Source of the DNA: Octopus vulgaris
Lineage: Eukaryota
Assembly (NCBI GenBank): GCA_951406725.2
Contig: OX597821.1
Span: 66,960,001-67,024,000 of the forward strand
DNA: 64,000 bases
Reading direction: 5' to 3'
Positions 42,021 to 58,495 of the stretch are shown piece by piece; position 1 is the first letter of the stretch; each line of letters begins with the position of its first letter. The notes below the pieces were generated by a model, which saw nothing but the letters and a program-made list of their open reading frames with translations, was not told the origin of the DNA and did no database searches. Made by a program: the position numbers and the translations under genes.

Positions 42021-43091
42021 GTAGGCCTCTGAGGAAGTATCGCCAAGCTTTTCCAAAATTTGCTTTTTATGTGGAGAACTCCCTATAGTATGGACGTATT
42101 TACGGTTAATATTGTGTATGTAGCTTTATTTTATGGTCTGTAGTGTTGTCGCCTGTTTTTGGTTTATAGTATAATATGCCTAGTAGGTTTACAAGATAGT
42201 GTTGTACTTGTCTGGCCAATATAACTGATAAAATCGTAAACTTGACTTTCCCTTGTTAAATTTATGAAATACCATGGTCAATTATAGCTTGAAATTAGGT
42301 TTGTTGTGGTTTGTTGTTGATAAGCTACCCTTTGATATTATATTGTTGAACTTTAGTTTCAAAACTATACGATCAAAAGATCGACTTTGTCTTTCATTCT
42401 TTTGGTGTCAATAAAATAAATAGCAGTTGAGTACCGGGCTCAGCGTAATCGTCGAGGCACCTCGACCAAAATTTCAGATATTGTGGCTATAGTATAAAAA
42501 ATATTTTTGAACTGTATCAAAAATCGTGTAACACATTTTGAGCTTCGCGTGATGATATTTTTTATTGTGTTTCTGCTACATACGTAGTATAAATGCCATT
42601 CATATAGAGTATTTCGCATATAAAATGTGAATTCATTGCCTAGTTTTACAGCCACTATACATCAGCACATGGGTCTACTATTCTTTCAAAATATCTGTTG
42701 TTAATTAGTACCTGTTTGTGTCCGTTTTTCCCCTCCTGATTCTGTTATCTTGTGTTCATTTGTGAAAGGGAATCTAAATATATTTTTCTCCAGAATTTCA
42801 GTCGTATCAGTATTGTTTTGGGTTCTGAAATTCATTTCCGAGTGCTGGTTTAATCTCTGGATACCTTCTATTGTGTCCATTACAACTGGTACATCCTATA
42901 AGTGTTTCTTGTATGCTTCCATTTATATATTGTTTTGCTATCTATTGTAATGAGAGTAAATGCTTTCAAAAGCTGAGTAAAGGTTTGTAAACATAATCTC
43001 TAGTTGAGGGCAGACATTCAGAATTGATGAATGAAAACTATCCGGCAATCCTGTCGTGTGGCTGAGAAACAGACAGACAGGCAGACAGACT

Positions 43092-43181
<90 letters not shown>

Positions 43182-43454
43182 GAAAGAGAGACTGGGAGAG
43201 AGAGTTATACATACTGACAAACAGAGAGAGAGAGGGGGGAGTGTGTGTGTGTGCGTATGTTTGTAGGCTGGCGTGTGCGTATACGTATATCTTTATGTAT
43301 ATACCGTTCATCGATGCACAACGAGAGATAAACGATGAGCTGAAGTTACCAAACTAAAATGTCCCTTAGCATTTCTTCGTGCAAGTTGCACAAATACATC
43401 TTTAGAACTGTCGCAATCGTAATATTTGCAATGAGCGCATATATTATCCGTCTC

Positions 43455-43824
43455 TTGAGAGGCGGTTGGATGGAACCTACACTCGCCTCCTTATGAGAGC
43501 TCAAAATCTCTCGTGGAAGCACCATCCAACCAAAATGCAAATATATGGGAAACTACCACCTGTGTCATCTCTTGTGAAAGGTAAGAGAGTCCAGTTTGCT
43601 GGACATTGTTGTAGAGCTGAAAAAGAAGTAATTTCTACTCTTCTCCTCTGGAAGCCATCTACTCGCAATACCAGAGGGCGCACACTCTCCTACCCTGATG
43701 TAATCTCCAGGGATACAGGCATCCAGCAACAGGACCTCCGTAATGCCATGATGGACCGTGAAGTCTGGCGTAGCATGGTAAATTCCATTGTCTCGACCAC
43801 GGTCGAACAATGATGATGATGATG
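43455..43824 (+). mobile_element. 5'-truncated RTE-group LINE with (TGA)n tail and 9-bp TSD
   Basis: Open C-terminus LDGTYTRLL...LSWKHHPT...FAGHCCR...LLWKP...RDTG...AMMDREVWR. ATCCGTCTC at 43446-43454 and 43825-43833. Confidence 0.88.
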
Positions 43825-44939
43825 ATCCGTCTCAAATGGTTTGTGCAACTGAGCTATTTCTCATTAAATTATATATAAATAAAAGTAAAATAAGAAATAA
43901 AAGTAACACTCTAAAAAAACACTCACCAATCATAGTTTTCTCTTCATTTATTCTCTCGGTTCATCCCCAAAACCTTTTTGTAAATGACCCTTACACCTAC
44001 TCGGATCTCATATGAAAAAATGCCGCATGTTTTCAATCACATTATAACTGAACTATTATTTTCTGTTTTCTTGTAACTATTGCTGTTTATGACGTTACAA
44101 GTTGCTAATACACACACGCGCACATATTTATAAATATATGTATGAGTGTACGTATGTAACTATGTGCGTGCGTATATAGGAACTGATTTTTAACAAGGAC
44201 ACAAAGCGTCATCGCTGGAATATTAGTAAAAACAGACAACCTCATATGTTCAACTTGACAAAAGAATTGCACATTTTTGCTGTCCTGCTAAAATATGGAA
44301 TTTTAATGAGCGTGCTAGATTGTTGATTTTTTTTTTCTGAAAATTTTAACTTTTCTAGAATATCATTTCTTGAATATGTATTGTTCTTTGAGTTCCCATT
44401 AATAGATAATAATTGAAATAAAAAAGGAATAGCTGGTAAAAAAAGAGAGAAATATCTTAATCAATGTGAATTGTACTTGATTAGCACTTTTTCAGCGCTC
44501 CATCGAATAGATATATCATGAAAGCATTATATGCCGCGTAACCATCTCGACATTTAGTCAATCAGCGAATCAAAAACGTTATTATAGTATATTATCTTTT
44601 TCTAAAAATATTAAGTCGTAATCTGAAGGAGTTTCAGCTGCTAATTTTAAAAAAAGTGGCTACATATAGGATACTTCGTTACCTTCTCAGCGTGTATGAA
44701 ATTCGTTGCATAGGCGATCTATTATCTCTCAGTTGTAAATTGCACCATAATCTGATGTTTAGCGTAGCTGTCTGGCGTCAAGTGTTGAGGATTACATGTG
44801 AGGTCCCAATTTATACTCTGGTCATCTGAAGGTTATTAATTGCTGATGTTAGCGAAGTAAGGATGTGCATTTGAATGCTCCATAAAAAAATTTCTCATAG
44901 TTTTGTTAAAAGTAGATCTCAATAACGTGGAATGTGAAA

Positions 44940-45145
44940 GGCAGAGAGCGGGCAGAATCGTTACAGCATCAGAAAAAATGCTCTGCATCATTACCTCCGA
45001 CGTTACGTTCTAAGCTCAAATGCCACCGAGGTCGACTTTGCCTTTCATGTTTTTGATCAAATAAATACCAGTTGAACAGGGGTCGATGTAATCGAGTAAC
45101 CCACTCTCCTGAATTTGGCCTTGAGCTTAACTATGAAACCAATAT
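44940..45145 (+). mobile_element. SINE family B, diverged
   Basis: GGCAGAATCGTTA...CCGAGGTCGACTTTGCCTTTCATG. Confidence 0.7.
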
Positions 45146-46214
45146 AGTGGAATGAGATATGTATTTTACGAAGAACACAAACACCGATGCTTTTAATGCA
45201 AAGATATTTATTTTTACCGTTTTAACAAATATGTTGTCGTTACTACGAAAGCTAAGTGAATAATGTTTACCCCAAGATAGTCCGAAGCTTATATGATTTG
45301 CTTTTGGACTAGGTATGACAGGAGTTAGTTGGTTATGGTGTGCGACTGCCGCTGTCGTACCATTGTTTTGATGTTATGATACAGCTCTGATCTGGTGCTG
45401 GTTCACTGCTACTATAGTCTGAATGCTGACACCTCATGGCTACAAGGCGAGGATTATATAATGATGCTCTTGGTCATAGACAGCGCGCCGAACATGAATT
45501 GCTCTTAGATCCGGTTACTTAAGAAGGCTTGAATGGTCAAGCATACTGATGACGTTGGTAACATTTTAGCGAATCGTGATCGTGTTCTTTAGTTGCTTTT
45601 TTCAGCGGATATAGTGATCCATGTTCGATGTCAAAGTTCTGAAATTGCTAAATATTCCTTCTCCTTTACAGAAAGAGAATTCCAGACATCCGTATAGCAG
45701 CTATGTTGCCCATCCTCTTCATGAAAGCCTCCCGTATTTGATGCAATTTTAATGACTAAAATAGAACATGTGCAAATTATCAAGGTTAATTTCGATTAAA
45801 AACTCATTCATTTACTCAAATTGTAGGTTATATCTTAACCAGATTTGAATCCGAAGAGCCCATACCGAACTTGCCATCGGAAATACAGTGTTTGGGTAAA
45901 AAGTCATGATTTGCGAAACGTAGAATCGCGATATTCATATATATAATTTGTGGCTGATTATAAATCAAAATATTTTGCATTTTTGATTCCACCACTTTCA
46001 TATTCAAGCCTCTTCTTTTCATTCTTTTTCTAATACTCACATACTTTTTGACTATGTGTTTTAATCTTTTGCGCTGTTATCACCTCCTCTTTCTTTTTTA
46101 TCACTCAAATTATCCATCTTTCTATCTAACTATCCCTTCATTTACAAACGCCATGTTATCTTCTTTCGGATGCCTTTGAAAATTAATTCACCCTCTTTAC
46201 CCATCTATATAGGC

Positions 46215-46520
<306 letters not shown>

Positions 46521-47625
46521 TCTGTGTATCTGACTGTCTGTCCAGCTGGCTATTTAGCCAGCTGTCTGTCTGTTTATCTAACTACTATCTATCTATCAAT
46601 CTCTACTTTTCTCTCACTTCCTATCAGTCATTCTCTGTTATACATCTCTCATTCCAACGTATTCTATATATGAGGTGTGTGCGTGTATACGTGTATGTAC
46701 AAGTGCATATGTACATACGCACATATATGCATACACACTTGCGTTACTGCTTTTAAAGAAGGTAAAAATAAAGATGCTTCCTCATACAGAAATACTAACA
46801 GCATTGTTTGCAGATAGTAATGACCATTGTTAATTAAGCTTTGTGCAGCAAATTTGTGTAGCAATAACATTATTATATATCTTCTCGCATTTGCTTGAGC
46901 TCACACTTCAATTATTGAGTTCCATTGTCGAAGAATACGTGACAGCAATTACAATATACGCAGTAAAGTTACTTCGATTTAGTCACCAAAATCATGAATC
47001 CATTCTGATTTAGCAGAGAATTAAAGCATCTCAGTCGACCAGGAATAATTCGTGTTTCTCTTAAGATTTATTAGGATTAGTTTAGTACATGACCGTCTGA
47101 ATGGGTTTTGTCCATCGTTGATTGTCAGTTTCACTCGACAGTGAGAAGGTGTACGTTCTGTAAGATATTTCCGTCTCGCTGCCAGGACCAGTAGAGATAA
47201 AGAAAACACGATGCTAAAATCTCCTATTTTAAAACTTAAGCTGGGTTGTTGAGAAATATTTATCATCTACGCATTTCCAAGCATATTCTCATCTATTTGC
47301 TAAACCTCTAAATGATTGATTAATCCACACATGGCTTGCTGTAGATTTTATTGTTTTGCTCTTCTTGTTCTTCTTTGCATCGGTTAAATTATGTCTTGAG
47401 GCAGGTATGATAAGAAAATAGACAATTGAGTATATTGCCGTGCATGCATACTTTCTCTCAAACATTTTGCCAGTTATATTTAAATCTTAAGGTGAGCTGA
47501 TGGTATTCGATAGGTACATGCTGCAATTTCTATACGTTGAAATCTTCTCAGGAATCGAATCATACATAGATTTATTTCATCTAAACACAGATGCAATATG
47601 TGCAGAATCTGCATATATATCTATA

Positions 47626-47708
<83 letters not shown>

Positions 47709-47756
47709 CATACGTGTTTATATGTATATATATATGTATATATATGTTTATACATA

Positions 47757-48060
47757 TATAGCCCCGGGCCGACCAATGCCTTGTGAGTGGATTTGGTAGA
47801 CGGAAACTGAAAGAAGCCTGACGTATATATGTATATATATAAGTGTGTGTGTATATGTTTGTTTGTCTGTGTTTGTCCCCCTAGCATTGCTTGACAACCG
47901 ATGCTGGTGTGTTTACGTCCCCGTCACTTAGCGGTTCGGCAAAAGAGACCGATAGAATAAGTACTAGGCTTACAAAGAATAAGTCCCGGGGTCGATTTGC
48001 TCGACTAAAGGCGGTGCTCCAGCATGGCCGCAGTCAAATGACTGAAACAAGTAAAAGAGT
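47757..48060 (+). mobile_element. SINE family A, 5'-truncated
   Basis: Body and complete tail GGCGGTGCTCCAGCATGGCCGCAGTCAAATGACTGAAACAAGTAAAAGAG. Confidence 0.9.
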
Positions 48061-48627
48061 ATCATAAAATAAGGAGTAGTATTTGATGTAAAATAATTTG
48101 ATTTATAATTTTTTTTTTAAATTGGCAGACCCAATCAAATATATTAATATATATCGAATTTGAACTTAACATACTCAAAGCAAAGTATTAAATCCAGTAA
48201 AACCAACGACCCATCTGCTGACCCAAAAACACGTACCTACCTACATTCTTAGATGAAACGCCTAAAAAAGCAATCCCATGACCTGAAGCTGACACTTAAA
48301 CTTACACATCTGTTTCCATGGTTTTACACGAATGAATAAATTCTGAACAATAGCATAACCTCAAATTTACACCGAAAAAAATGTTTAATAACACCTCAGA
48401 TCAGAATTCACTTTACAACCTACGTACCGCTCAACAGGACTCCACCTATCCGAAGGAAAAAGTGATCTGGATTTTATTTAAACAGAGACAATATGAAAGC
48501 AAGATAAACTCAAATGTAACACAGTCCGATGAATAGCTCAGCTACCGAAAATTGGAATCACTATTAATACTATTCTTAAAAAATAATGCGCACACAGACA
48601 CACAAGCACACACTCACACACGCACAC

Positions 48628-48694
<67 letters not shown>

Positions 48695-51600
48695 GAATTA
48701 GAGATAAAAACACTATTAGGCAACTCAAACAGTGATAGACATAAACCTATATATATATATATATGAGTGTATGTGCAAATGGGTGTATGTATGTATGTAT
48801 GTATGTATGTACGTATGTATCGCCACGTAGACAAAGAGGATTTTTCCAAGGGTAGAAAATAATATGATGGAAGAATTGAGAAAAATGTTCAGTAAGAGAT
48901 ATATTCGATGCGGCAAGAGAAAGGAAATGGGGGATGTGGGAGCGGGATGCCAGCTCAAATTTGGGTGAGTTACTCTGTAGATATACGGTTGAAACATCTC
49001 CTATAATGCAAGAAGCTTTAGAGAATAGAAACTGTTTTAATATGGGTTTGTTTATATAACATGTTGTTTAAACTGCTAAAAAGAGAAAGCGCATTTTGAT
49101 GCTCTGCCTTAATTTAAAATATGCCGTGAAAAGGAGTATAAGTATCAAGTAATTCAAAAAAAAAACAAAAACAATTAGTATAAATTTCAGCTCATAATAA
49201 AACACACGAATTGAATACGAAAGAAGTAATCCTTCAATAATTGAATAAGCAAATTCCAACAATTTAACGAGTCTGTTACGAATAAGACTTTTATACTTAC
49301 ATACGCAAGTATTTTGCTGATTGCCAATCTTGATGAAGCCACAGTATTGTGTTGAATGACGTCAAGAATGACTGATAGTCATTTTGTATTTACGGATCTT
49401 CAGAGATTCTGACAAGAAAAGAAATACGTTGCAAGAATACAAGACCAAAGAGTAAGTTGCCTTTCTTGAAGGGTTTTTTTATCCAAGAGGAGGGAAATAG
49501 TAAGGCTGCAAATCTAAACAACGGATTTTCTCAACGTGGTTAAAGAAAACTCTGGAGGCTGGGATCTTATATCTGATTTTCAAACTGAGGTCAAGACGAT
49601 CACAGACAACGGTATTTGGGAATATTACTGACACTTGGTTGGTCGTCATTTTGTAGCACATAACGAATAAGAAATGAGTTATAAGAACTGATATCAGGCT
49701 GGTTGTGGGTGTAGGTAATATTTGAAGCGATTTGAAAGTTTTTCAGTTGAAAGATTTGTAAAATGATTATAAAAGTAACAGCAAATACAGCAACAAAGTG
49801 CAATTGTAATAATAATAGCAACAACAGCAAACCTAATGGAATATCACCGGTAAAACCAGTCGAAAACCGACTTTAAAAGAAGCAGCATCTATAATCTCGT
49901 CATACCGGAAGAAAATCTAGAAATTAAAAAGAGATGTGGTAAAGCGGACCATTCTAGAAAAGAAAATATATCGGGTGTTATAGGTTCTTCTAAGGGAATA
50001 ATGTAGATGTGGATTTGGAACCCGTTTTCCTTTTCTTAGTCAGATGCGTTAATACAATGGATTAAGGATCATGATCAACACACACATAGTGATGACATAG
50101 GTGTTGGTCTCTACACCAAGTTGCCAAGATGTCTTACATTTCTTCTTTTATTTCAATTCATTTTATTTCATTTTATCTTTTAAAGAATATGGATTTTAGA
50201 TAACCATCCTTCCTGAACTTGAAGCGATTAGGTTTTGTACTTTCCGCCACACATCTGGAAAGCAGACAGGTGTAAACATAAATACATAATAAAAGATGTA
50301 CAGAGATAGAAAATGAATATTTCTATCTCCTTGATCATATGAACTTTTGATAACACGGAGGTATTACAACCGTGTTTCGTGGTCTGCTACCACAACAGCT
50401 CCTTTATAGGATCCAGTTAGCTCAAAACATCATCAGGAGGAACCACGTCCGGTTTCGGCCCCTACTCCTCTACCCCCGTTGCTCCCCTCCCCCCTTTCGG
50501 AAGTGTCTTCAGCTCTTGTGTTGGGTGCATGTCTTCTTTCTTCTTTTTTCTGTTCCCTGGCCTCTTCGATGTATCGTCAGCGAGTGTCAGCCAGTGACTG
50601 ACTCACTTGTCAAATTTTTCCCTCTAAAAACCTGCCCTCAGACTCCAGCAGGCAGTTCCAGCAAGTTGTCACGTGGCACTGTCTCACCTTAACTGACTAG
50701 TGAAGGCGCGTAATTTTAGCCCGCACATTCTCTAAACGACCGTCACCTGTCAGTCAGCGAAGCTGATTCAGTGTCAGCTTGTCTCATGTAGTAATGTTAT
50801 TTCCCGCCGGCATGATATGACTTTCAAGCCATTTTCGGTCTTACCGCTTCAGCTATAGTCTCAGAAAAGTAATTGACTATCGGAAATATATAACAGATGT
50901 CATGCTATAGTCTTTATCATGTACTGTAATAATTTCCTACAGTGGTTATTTTTGAACAGTGCTGTGCACTGAAATCAAATACTTTATTTGAAAGAAATTT
51001 ATATTTGGTAGAAATTATGTGAATTACAGCCACGTTTCTTATTCAATTTATATTTCTTCAAAAATACCTGAGAAATATGAAGGGACACTGGAAGTGATAT
51101 AATTTGCCTGACGATGGATACATTTTTAATTTCAAAACTGCAGATTGTGGCGTTGCAAATATTTGAGCTAGCTTTTTATTTCTAGAAGAAAAGTAAACAG
51201 AGTCTTTAAGAAACGTTAGCTCGCAGCGTAGGCTGATTACCTTGCTGTAAATAAAATTAGTTTTGTGATTGAATCATGAATATGAAATAAATCTTTAATA
51301 GAAAAAAAAAAAGAAATGTCAAAAGCACATTGTGATACAAACATATCAAAACTGGAAATTATAAGTTTTAGACAATGTAAACTGTAATAATTATTAGAAA
51401 ACATTAGATACTCCAAACAAATTAATTAGCAGATTTCATTATTTTAAAATAGATCTTCATCATCATCAGTATCACCATCACCTTCACCATCAACAGAGTC
51501 GTCACAACATTATGAATGGTATCTACAAAATTACCATTATCAGCATTATGATAGAAAATATCATCACCACGATCCTCATCATCGCCATCATCTCCATTAT

Positions 51601-52279
51601 CACACCATCTCTATTTTATCATCATCACCATCAATAACTCCACCACCCTACTCCTCTTTCGCACCATAAGCACCATCAACAAATGGCATCCCTTGTACAA
51701 ATCATTTTTTCTTCTTTTTTTCTCACGTCTGATAACTCGATTTTCCTTTTACTGATGTTATTATGAGAGATTATATATATTAAATATTCTTCATTTACAT
51801 CTCTCATCTGTTGTTTCAGTACTCTTAATTGACTATCTTATCTTTTCTCCTTCTTATTCTTATTAATACTATCATCAAAATATTTCTTGTATCATTATAA
51901 TTATTCTTATAATTATTCGTCCACATCACTGTGTTTTCTTCTTTTTCTTTAAGCTGTATATTTTTCCTGTGTTATTTACTAGTGTTTGTATCGCTGGAAA
52001 TTCTACATAGCAAATCAGAATATATACATAAGAAAATGATATAAGCATGAAAGAATGACAGTAAAGAAGCTAAGAAATAAAACAAGCCTGCACGATGGTA
52101 CACATTTTGCTTCCGTACTTTTGGTCCAGTCGAAGAGTGTCCACATGTGACAATATTTTCCGAAACAATTTCGTTGTTTCTTCTCGCTAAATCTGCCAAG
52201 AAAATAACGGTTTTGACATGCTAGGACATTCATCGGCCAAATACCCAACCGTATCGCAAAAATTACATATAACTGCATA

Positions 52280-52712
52280 GGCGCATGCGTGGCTGTGTGG
52301 TAAGAAACTTGCTTCCCAACACCATCGTTCCGGGTTCAGTCTCACTGCGTGACACCTTGGGTAAGTGTCTTCTAATATAGCCTCGGGCCGGCCAAAGTGG
52401 ATTTGGTTGGGGAAAACTGAAAGAAGCCCGTCGTATACGTATATATATGTATGTGTCTGTGCACGCGCGCGCATATCTATGTGTGTGCCTTTATGTCTGT
52501 GCTTGTTCTCCCCTCACCGCTTGACAACCGGTGTTGTCGTGTTTACGTTCCCGTAACCCAGCGGTTCGGCCTAAGGGAGCGATAGAATAAGTACTACGGT
52601 TGAAAATATTAAGTCCTGAGGTCGACTGGTTCAACTAAGACCCTTCAAGCCGGTGCTGCAGCATGGCCGCAGTCAAATGACTGACACAAAGGAATAAAAG
52701 AATAAAATTAAA
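52280..52712 (+). mobile_element. SINE family A, full length
   Basis: Head, body and tail as in the other copies. Confidence 0.85.
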
Positions 52713-52713
52713 G

Positions 52714-52835
<122 letters not shown>

Positions 52836-52859
52836 TATTATTATTATTATCATTATTAC

Positions 52860-52896
<37 letters not shown>

Positions 52897-52899
<3 letters not shown>

Positions 52900-53128
52900 T
52901 AGTTTTATTTTTATTTTTATAGCGTGCTTTCACTTCACTACCGAGCACAGCTCTGTGTGCCTTGGTATGTGCTGTGATTTGTTGTGATGCTCTGATGGTT
53001 ATTGTACAGAACACTTTCCATACAATAACCATCAGAGCATCACAACAAATCACAGCACATACCCAAGGCACACAGAGCTGTGCTCGGTAGTGAAGTGAAA
53101 GCACGCTATAAAAATAAAAATAAAACTA

Positions 53129-53131
<3 letters not shown>
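52897..53131. repeat. near-perfect palindrome: inverted duplication of an RLE-LINE 3'UTR
   Basis: 110/111-bp arms differ by one indel around a 14-nt loop. Loop plus right arm reads R-T-L-S-I-Q-stop, then UTR and (AAT)n. Confidence 0.85.
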
Positions 53132-53189
<58 letters not shown>

Positions 53190-53217
53190 GTAATAATGAT
53201 AATAATAATAATAATAA

Positions 53218-53455
53218 CATGGAAACGTGTGTTTGTTCAACATCCTGAAATAACTCTTGTTCAGGGACCTTTTGAGCAGGATGGGTTACTTGGCCAGAAG
53301 AAAATTCTAACTGGGCCCCACCAGCAAGGTCATGTGCTGTTTATTTTGATATGAAATCACCATGTTGCACACATATGGTTGTAATGCATGTGTCTAGTGT
53401 ACCCTTATTAGACAGGTAGTCATGATGGCTATACTGGGCTTCGTATATTTTACCC
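53218..53455 (+). mobile_element. element D, diverged partial copy
   Basis: Homologous to the 3' half of 33829-34385 and embedded in (AAT)n. Confidence 0.75.
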
Positions 53456-53483
53456 GTTTCACAGCAACAACAACAACAACAAC

Positions 53484-53553
<70 letters not shown>

Positions 53554-53914
53554 GCAACAACAACACAACAAATACAGCAAGAATGACAAAATGCAACAAT
53601 ATTGCTATCTGTGTCGTTGTTGTTCAATTATAAAGTGAAGAATGAAAGAAATTTTGTTGGATAATTGAGTGATGTCACATGATGTGTTAGTATGTGGGTG
53701 TGTTCTCGATACTGTATATCAACCGTTGTTAATTTTTGGCAATGAAGTCTTGAAAAGGTAAGTTGTAGATTTTGTCATGTTGCTAATACGCTCTTTATCT
53801 CCGTTATTCGTTATCTTACACTTCACTTCAAAGATTAGTGGAAGAGTTCCAACAGAGTCAAATACTGACTAACAGAAACTATTAGTCCTATTGCCAATAA
53901 ATAAGAACAAGTAA

Positions 53915-53955
<41 letters not shown>

Positions 53956-54152
53956 CATATACAGAGAGGGAGAGAGAGAGAGAGAAGACAGGAAAGTGAG
54001 ATTAAGAGAGGGAAAGAAAGAAAGAGGGAGAGATTTGAAGAATTGGGAATAAGAGAGACAGAGAAAGGGAGATAAATGAGTGATGGTGTGTGCATTTTTG
54101 TGTGTTCGTGCGTCGTGTGTATGTGTGTGCATGTGTGTTCGCATGTACGTGC

Positions 54153-54213
<61 letters not shown>

Positions 54214-55354
54214 TGTGCGTGTGACATGCAAGGAAGGAATGATGGAAGGCATGAGTGAAGCGGGAGAGGTGAATAACGGCTAGAAGATGAAAATATGTTT
54301 GGGAGAATAGGTGTAAAATACATAAGGGAGTAGGGGTGTGTCTTTAGAGAGAAGTGGGGAATTATTATGTTGGAGAAACGACATAATTTTTAAGGATACT
54401 GATGTGGAAGGAAAAAAATACGATATGAAAGAAATAAAGAAAGAAAAAGAGAAAAAAGAGAAGGAGAAGAAAGCGATGAGAAAAAATACTGAAAATTGGT
54501 AAACAAACATTAAAGGAAAATTGCCACAAAGCAAGAAGAAATATATGAAAGTAGAAATACCGAAATTATCAAAGGAATAAAAGAATAAGATAATCAAAGA
54601 AAGGAAAAAAGAAGAATGTTAGAAAAAAAACAAAGAGAAAAGAACGAAGTAATGAATGAAAATCAAAATATGGAGATGGAAGCAGTTGGGAAGAGTTAAA
54701 GTGTAAAAAAAGGGATCAATTATAAATTGGAAGAAAATGAATAATGAGAGAAATCTAAAGAACAAAACAGAAAAAATACCATTATTCTTTAATGATTGTT
54801 TCTTTTAACTTTCTCTTTTCGGTATTTCTAACAATTCTTTCTCTCATTTTTTCTTCCAAACTTCTTGTTGGCCGTCTGGTTTATTATTTTATTATCTTAC
54901 TTATTTTAGTGATTATGAAGTGGCCATACTGGGGCACCATATTTTGTTACATTTTTCATTCCGTTATTTTGTTTTGCTTTTTTTTATCATATTTTTGTGT
55001 TGCTCTTGGATTTAAGTGTAATGAATGAAGCACATGAAGAAGTGATCACGGGGAAACATGAAGGGAGAGAAAAAAAGGGAAAAGAAAAAAAATAGTTTCA
55101 AAGAATGAAAGAAAAAAAAATGGAAATAAAATATATGTAACACAAATGAGACATGATAAATAATAAAATATGGAAATTGAGGGAAAATGAGACAAAATGG
55201 GAATTATAGAAAGAAAGAACGAAGAAAAGAATGATAAGAATGAACGAGCAGAAACCAACTGAAAGAAATTTTTTAAATGAGAAAGCGAAAATTGCAGAAT
55301 TATAATAAAGCTTGATAGAAGGTAAATATATACAATACTAATAATAATAATAAT

Positions 55355-55892
<538 letters not shown>

Positions 55893-55904
55893 CTTAGAAA
55901 AGCT

Positions 55905-56445
55905 TCTAAAGACCAAAGTGTCTGTCTTTAGCCCTCTGAAACATGTCCACAAACACGACCTCTTTTGATACAGCCACTAGACAAATATAAATTGCCAGCT
56001 CTTCCCGGCCAAAAGAGGGCGGTGGAACAATCTTCACTATGAATTCAAATGAGAGCCGGATCCGTCCTACACGTGACACCAGGTGTTCGACATAAACCAA
56101 CAGATCAGCAACACTCGGTCCCTGGACGAAATCGTGCAGGATGGTTTCGTTACTCTGCGCGCACCTCGGGCAGGCTCGGCGAACGGCTTTTCCGTGTCTG
56201 TAAAGTTTATCTTGAACGGACAGCGCCCCACAGTAGCACTGACAGTTTCTGGAAGTTATCCATAGGCCCCCGGCCAGAAAGTCCTCCGGAACAATCCGGT
56301 CAGTTGATGTTCGTCGACGCGCAGAGTTTCCCCGAGGTCGTCGCTGCATTTTTCCTCGACCAACCCTCTATACAACGCTAGAGTGGAACTACCAGCGGCC
56401 GCATTGCCCGTCTGGCGAGGATTGTGAGTTCTTGAAGGCCTTCGG
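55905..56445 (-). mobile_element. Tx1/L1-clade LINE fragment
   Basis: LSVQDKLYRHG...ACPRCAQSNETILHDFVQ...LVAVSKEVV zinc-knuckle region; homologous to 36155-37020. Confidence 0.8.
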
Positions 56446-56978
56446 GTTGCCAAGCGCTCCTCCTTGGTCTACGCTTAATCCAGGAATGAAAATGACCATA
56501 AAAATGAATGAAAGGGTCATTAAGGAAGAATTCAACAAAAGAAATAGGGAAATAGAGAAAGCAATACCAAGCGAAATATGTAAAATAAAAAGGAAGGCGG
56601 CAAGTTCCAGACATAAATAGACAAAATATGTTTATACGGAAAGGAAGGAAAGGCAGCCAGGTATAGGGTCCATGAGGGGGAAAACGAAGAAGTAATGAAT
56701 GGAGGAAGAATAAAGGAAGGTGGAGGAATAACAAAGAAAGGTAGAAAACAAGGAAAGTACGAAAGGGAGAAAAAATGCGGAAGGAGAAAAAAAAAAACAG
56801 AAAAAATAAACCAGTAAGGAAAGAACCAAAGATAGAAAGTCTGAGAGAGAGAGATGAAAGGCCTCTGTAATATCCCATACGAATTTACATGTGTTTGTGT
56901 AATCTACTGGTGAATCATCAACAGCATGCACGAATCTACACACACACACACACACATACACACACGCACGCACACACA

Positions 56979-57022
<44 letters not shown>

Positions 57023-57168
57023 TTTCTGTATTCATATAAAATAAATATGCAACAGCAACAGTTGTAAACAAACTTGTGGTTTGAAGATTCTGAAAATAAA
57101 TAAAGATATGTGAATATATAGCTCTCTCGTTCTCTCTTTCTCCCTGTATATATATATATGTGTGTGTG

Positions 57169-57226
57169 TGGAAGCGCAATGGCCCAGTGGTTAGGGCAGC
57201 GGACTCGCGGTCGGAGGATCGCGCAT
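57169..57226 (+). mobile_element. SINE family C head only
   Basis: GGAAGCGCAATGGCCCAGTGGTTAGGGCAGCGGACTCGCGGTCGGAGGATCGC. Confidence 0.7.
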
Positions 57227-57346
57227 TGTGACCAGCGATGTGTAACAACATCTGATGGTCTGACAACGTAGATCAAGTAGGTACTGTAAATTTAGGGTAA
57301 ATACTTGATAAGTGTAAGCACCTCTATATGCCAGATAGAGGCTGAA

Positions 57347-57412
<66 letters not shown>

Positions 57413-57575
57413 TACATATATACATAAGCTGTTAATTCACTGGTACATAACTCCTTGTTACCACTGGTCTTTACCAAGTGCAGTTGTAGAATGAAGCCAA
57501 CGGTAACATTGAAACATTGTTATATGCCAGTAGCAAACATATACTACACGAATGCATTAATATATATACGCATAT

Positions 57576-57622
<47 letters not shown>

Positions 57623-57748
57623 TATATGTATATATATGTATGTATATATACATATCCATATATGTATGTAATATATATGTATTTACATATATATATGCAT
57701 ATATGTGTATATATTGTCACTTTATTATTATTATGATATATATGTATG

Positions 57749-57802
<54 letters not shown>

Positions 57803-58013
57803 AATTATTTTTAGCGTGAATAGTGTTAGGAACTTCGAAGTATCTGTCAGTAAAGCAATCATCTGACAGTGATTTACTCGGCTAAATGTTCGAAAAAAGT
57901 TCCAATGCTATTCCTCTTCAAGTATGAAAAAAATATAAATTTGTATTCTAAAAATTATGGCGTTACCTTTTAGATTAATGTAAATTTGTTTCTATTATAA
58001 TTTAACACACACT

Positions 58014-58155
<142 letters not shown>

Positions 58156-58206
58156 AATGTGAAACAAGGTGGGAAAAAAGAGTACTCAAATACCATGGGT
58201 AGATTA

Positions 58207-58495
<289 letters not shown>

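Noticed and set aside
50360-50440. Minus-strand CTGATGA...GTGGT-ACCAC GAAACA CGGT TGTA
   Set aside because: Stems II and III are plausible but there is no stem I complement; support is insufficient.
56460-56878. Hydrophobic Phe/Leu-rich ORFs (also 54280-55414)
   Set aside because: They are the antisense of purine-rich low-complexity DNA.
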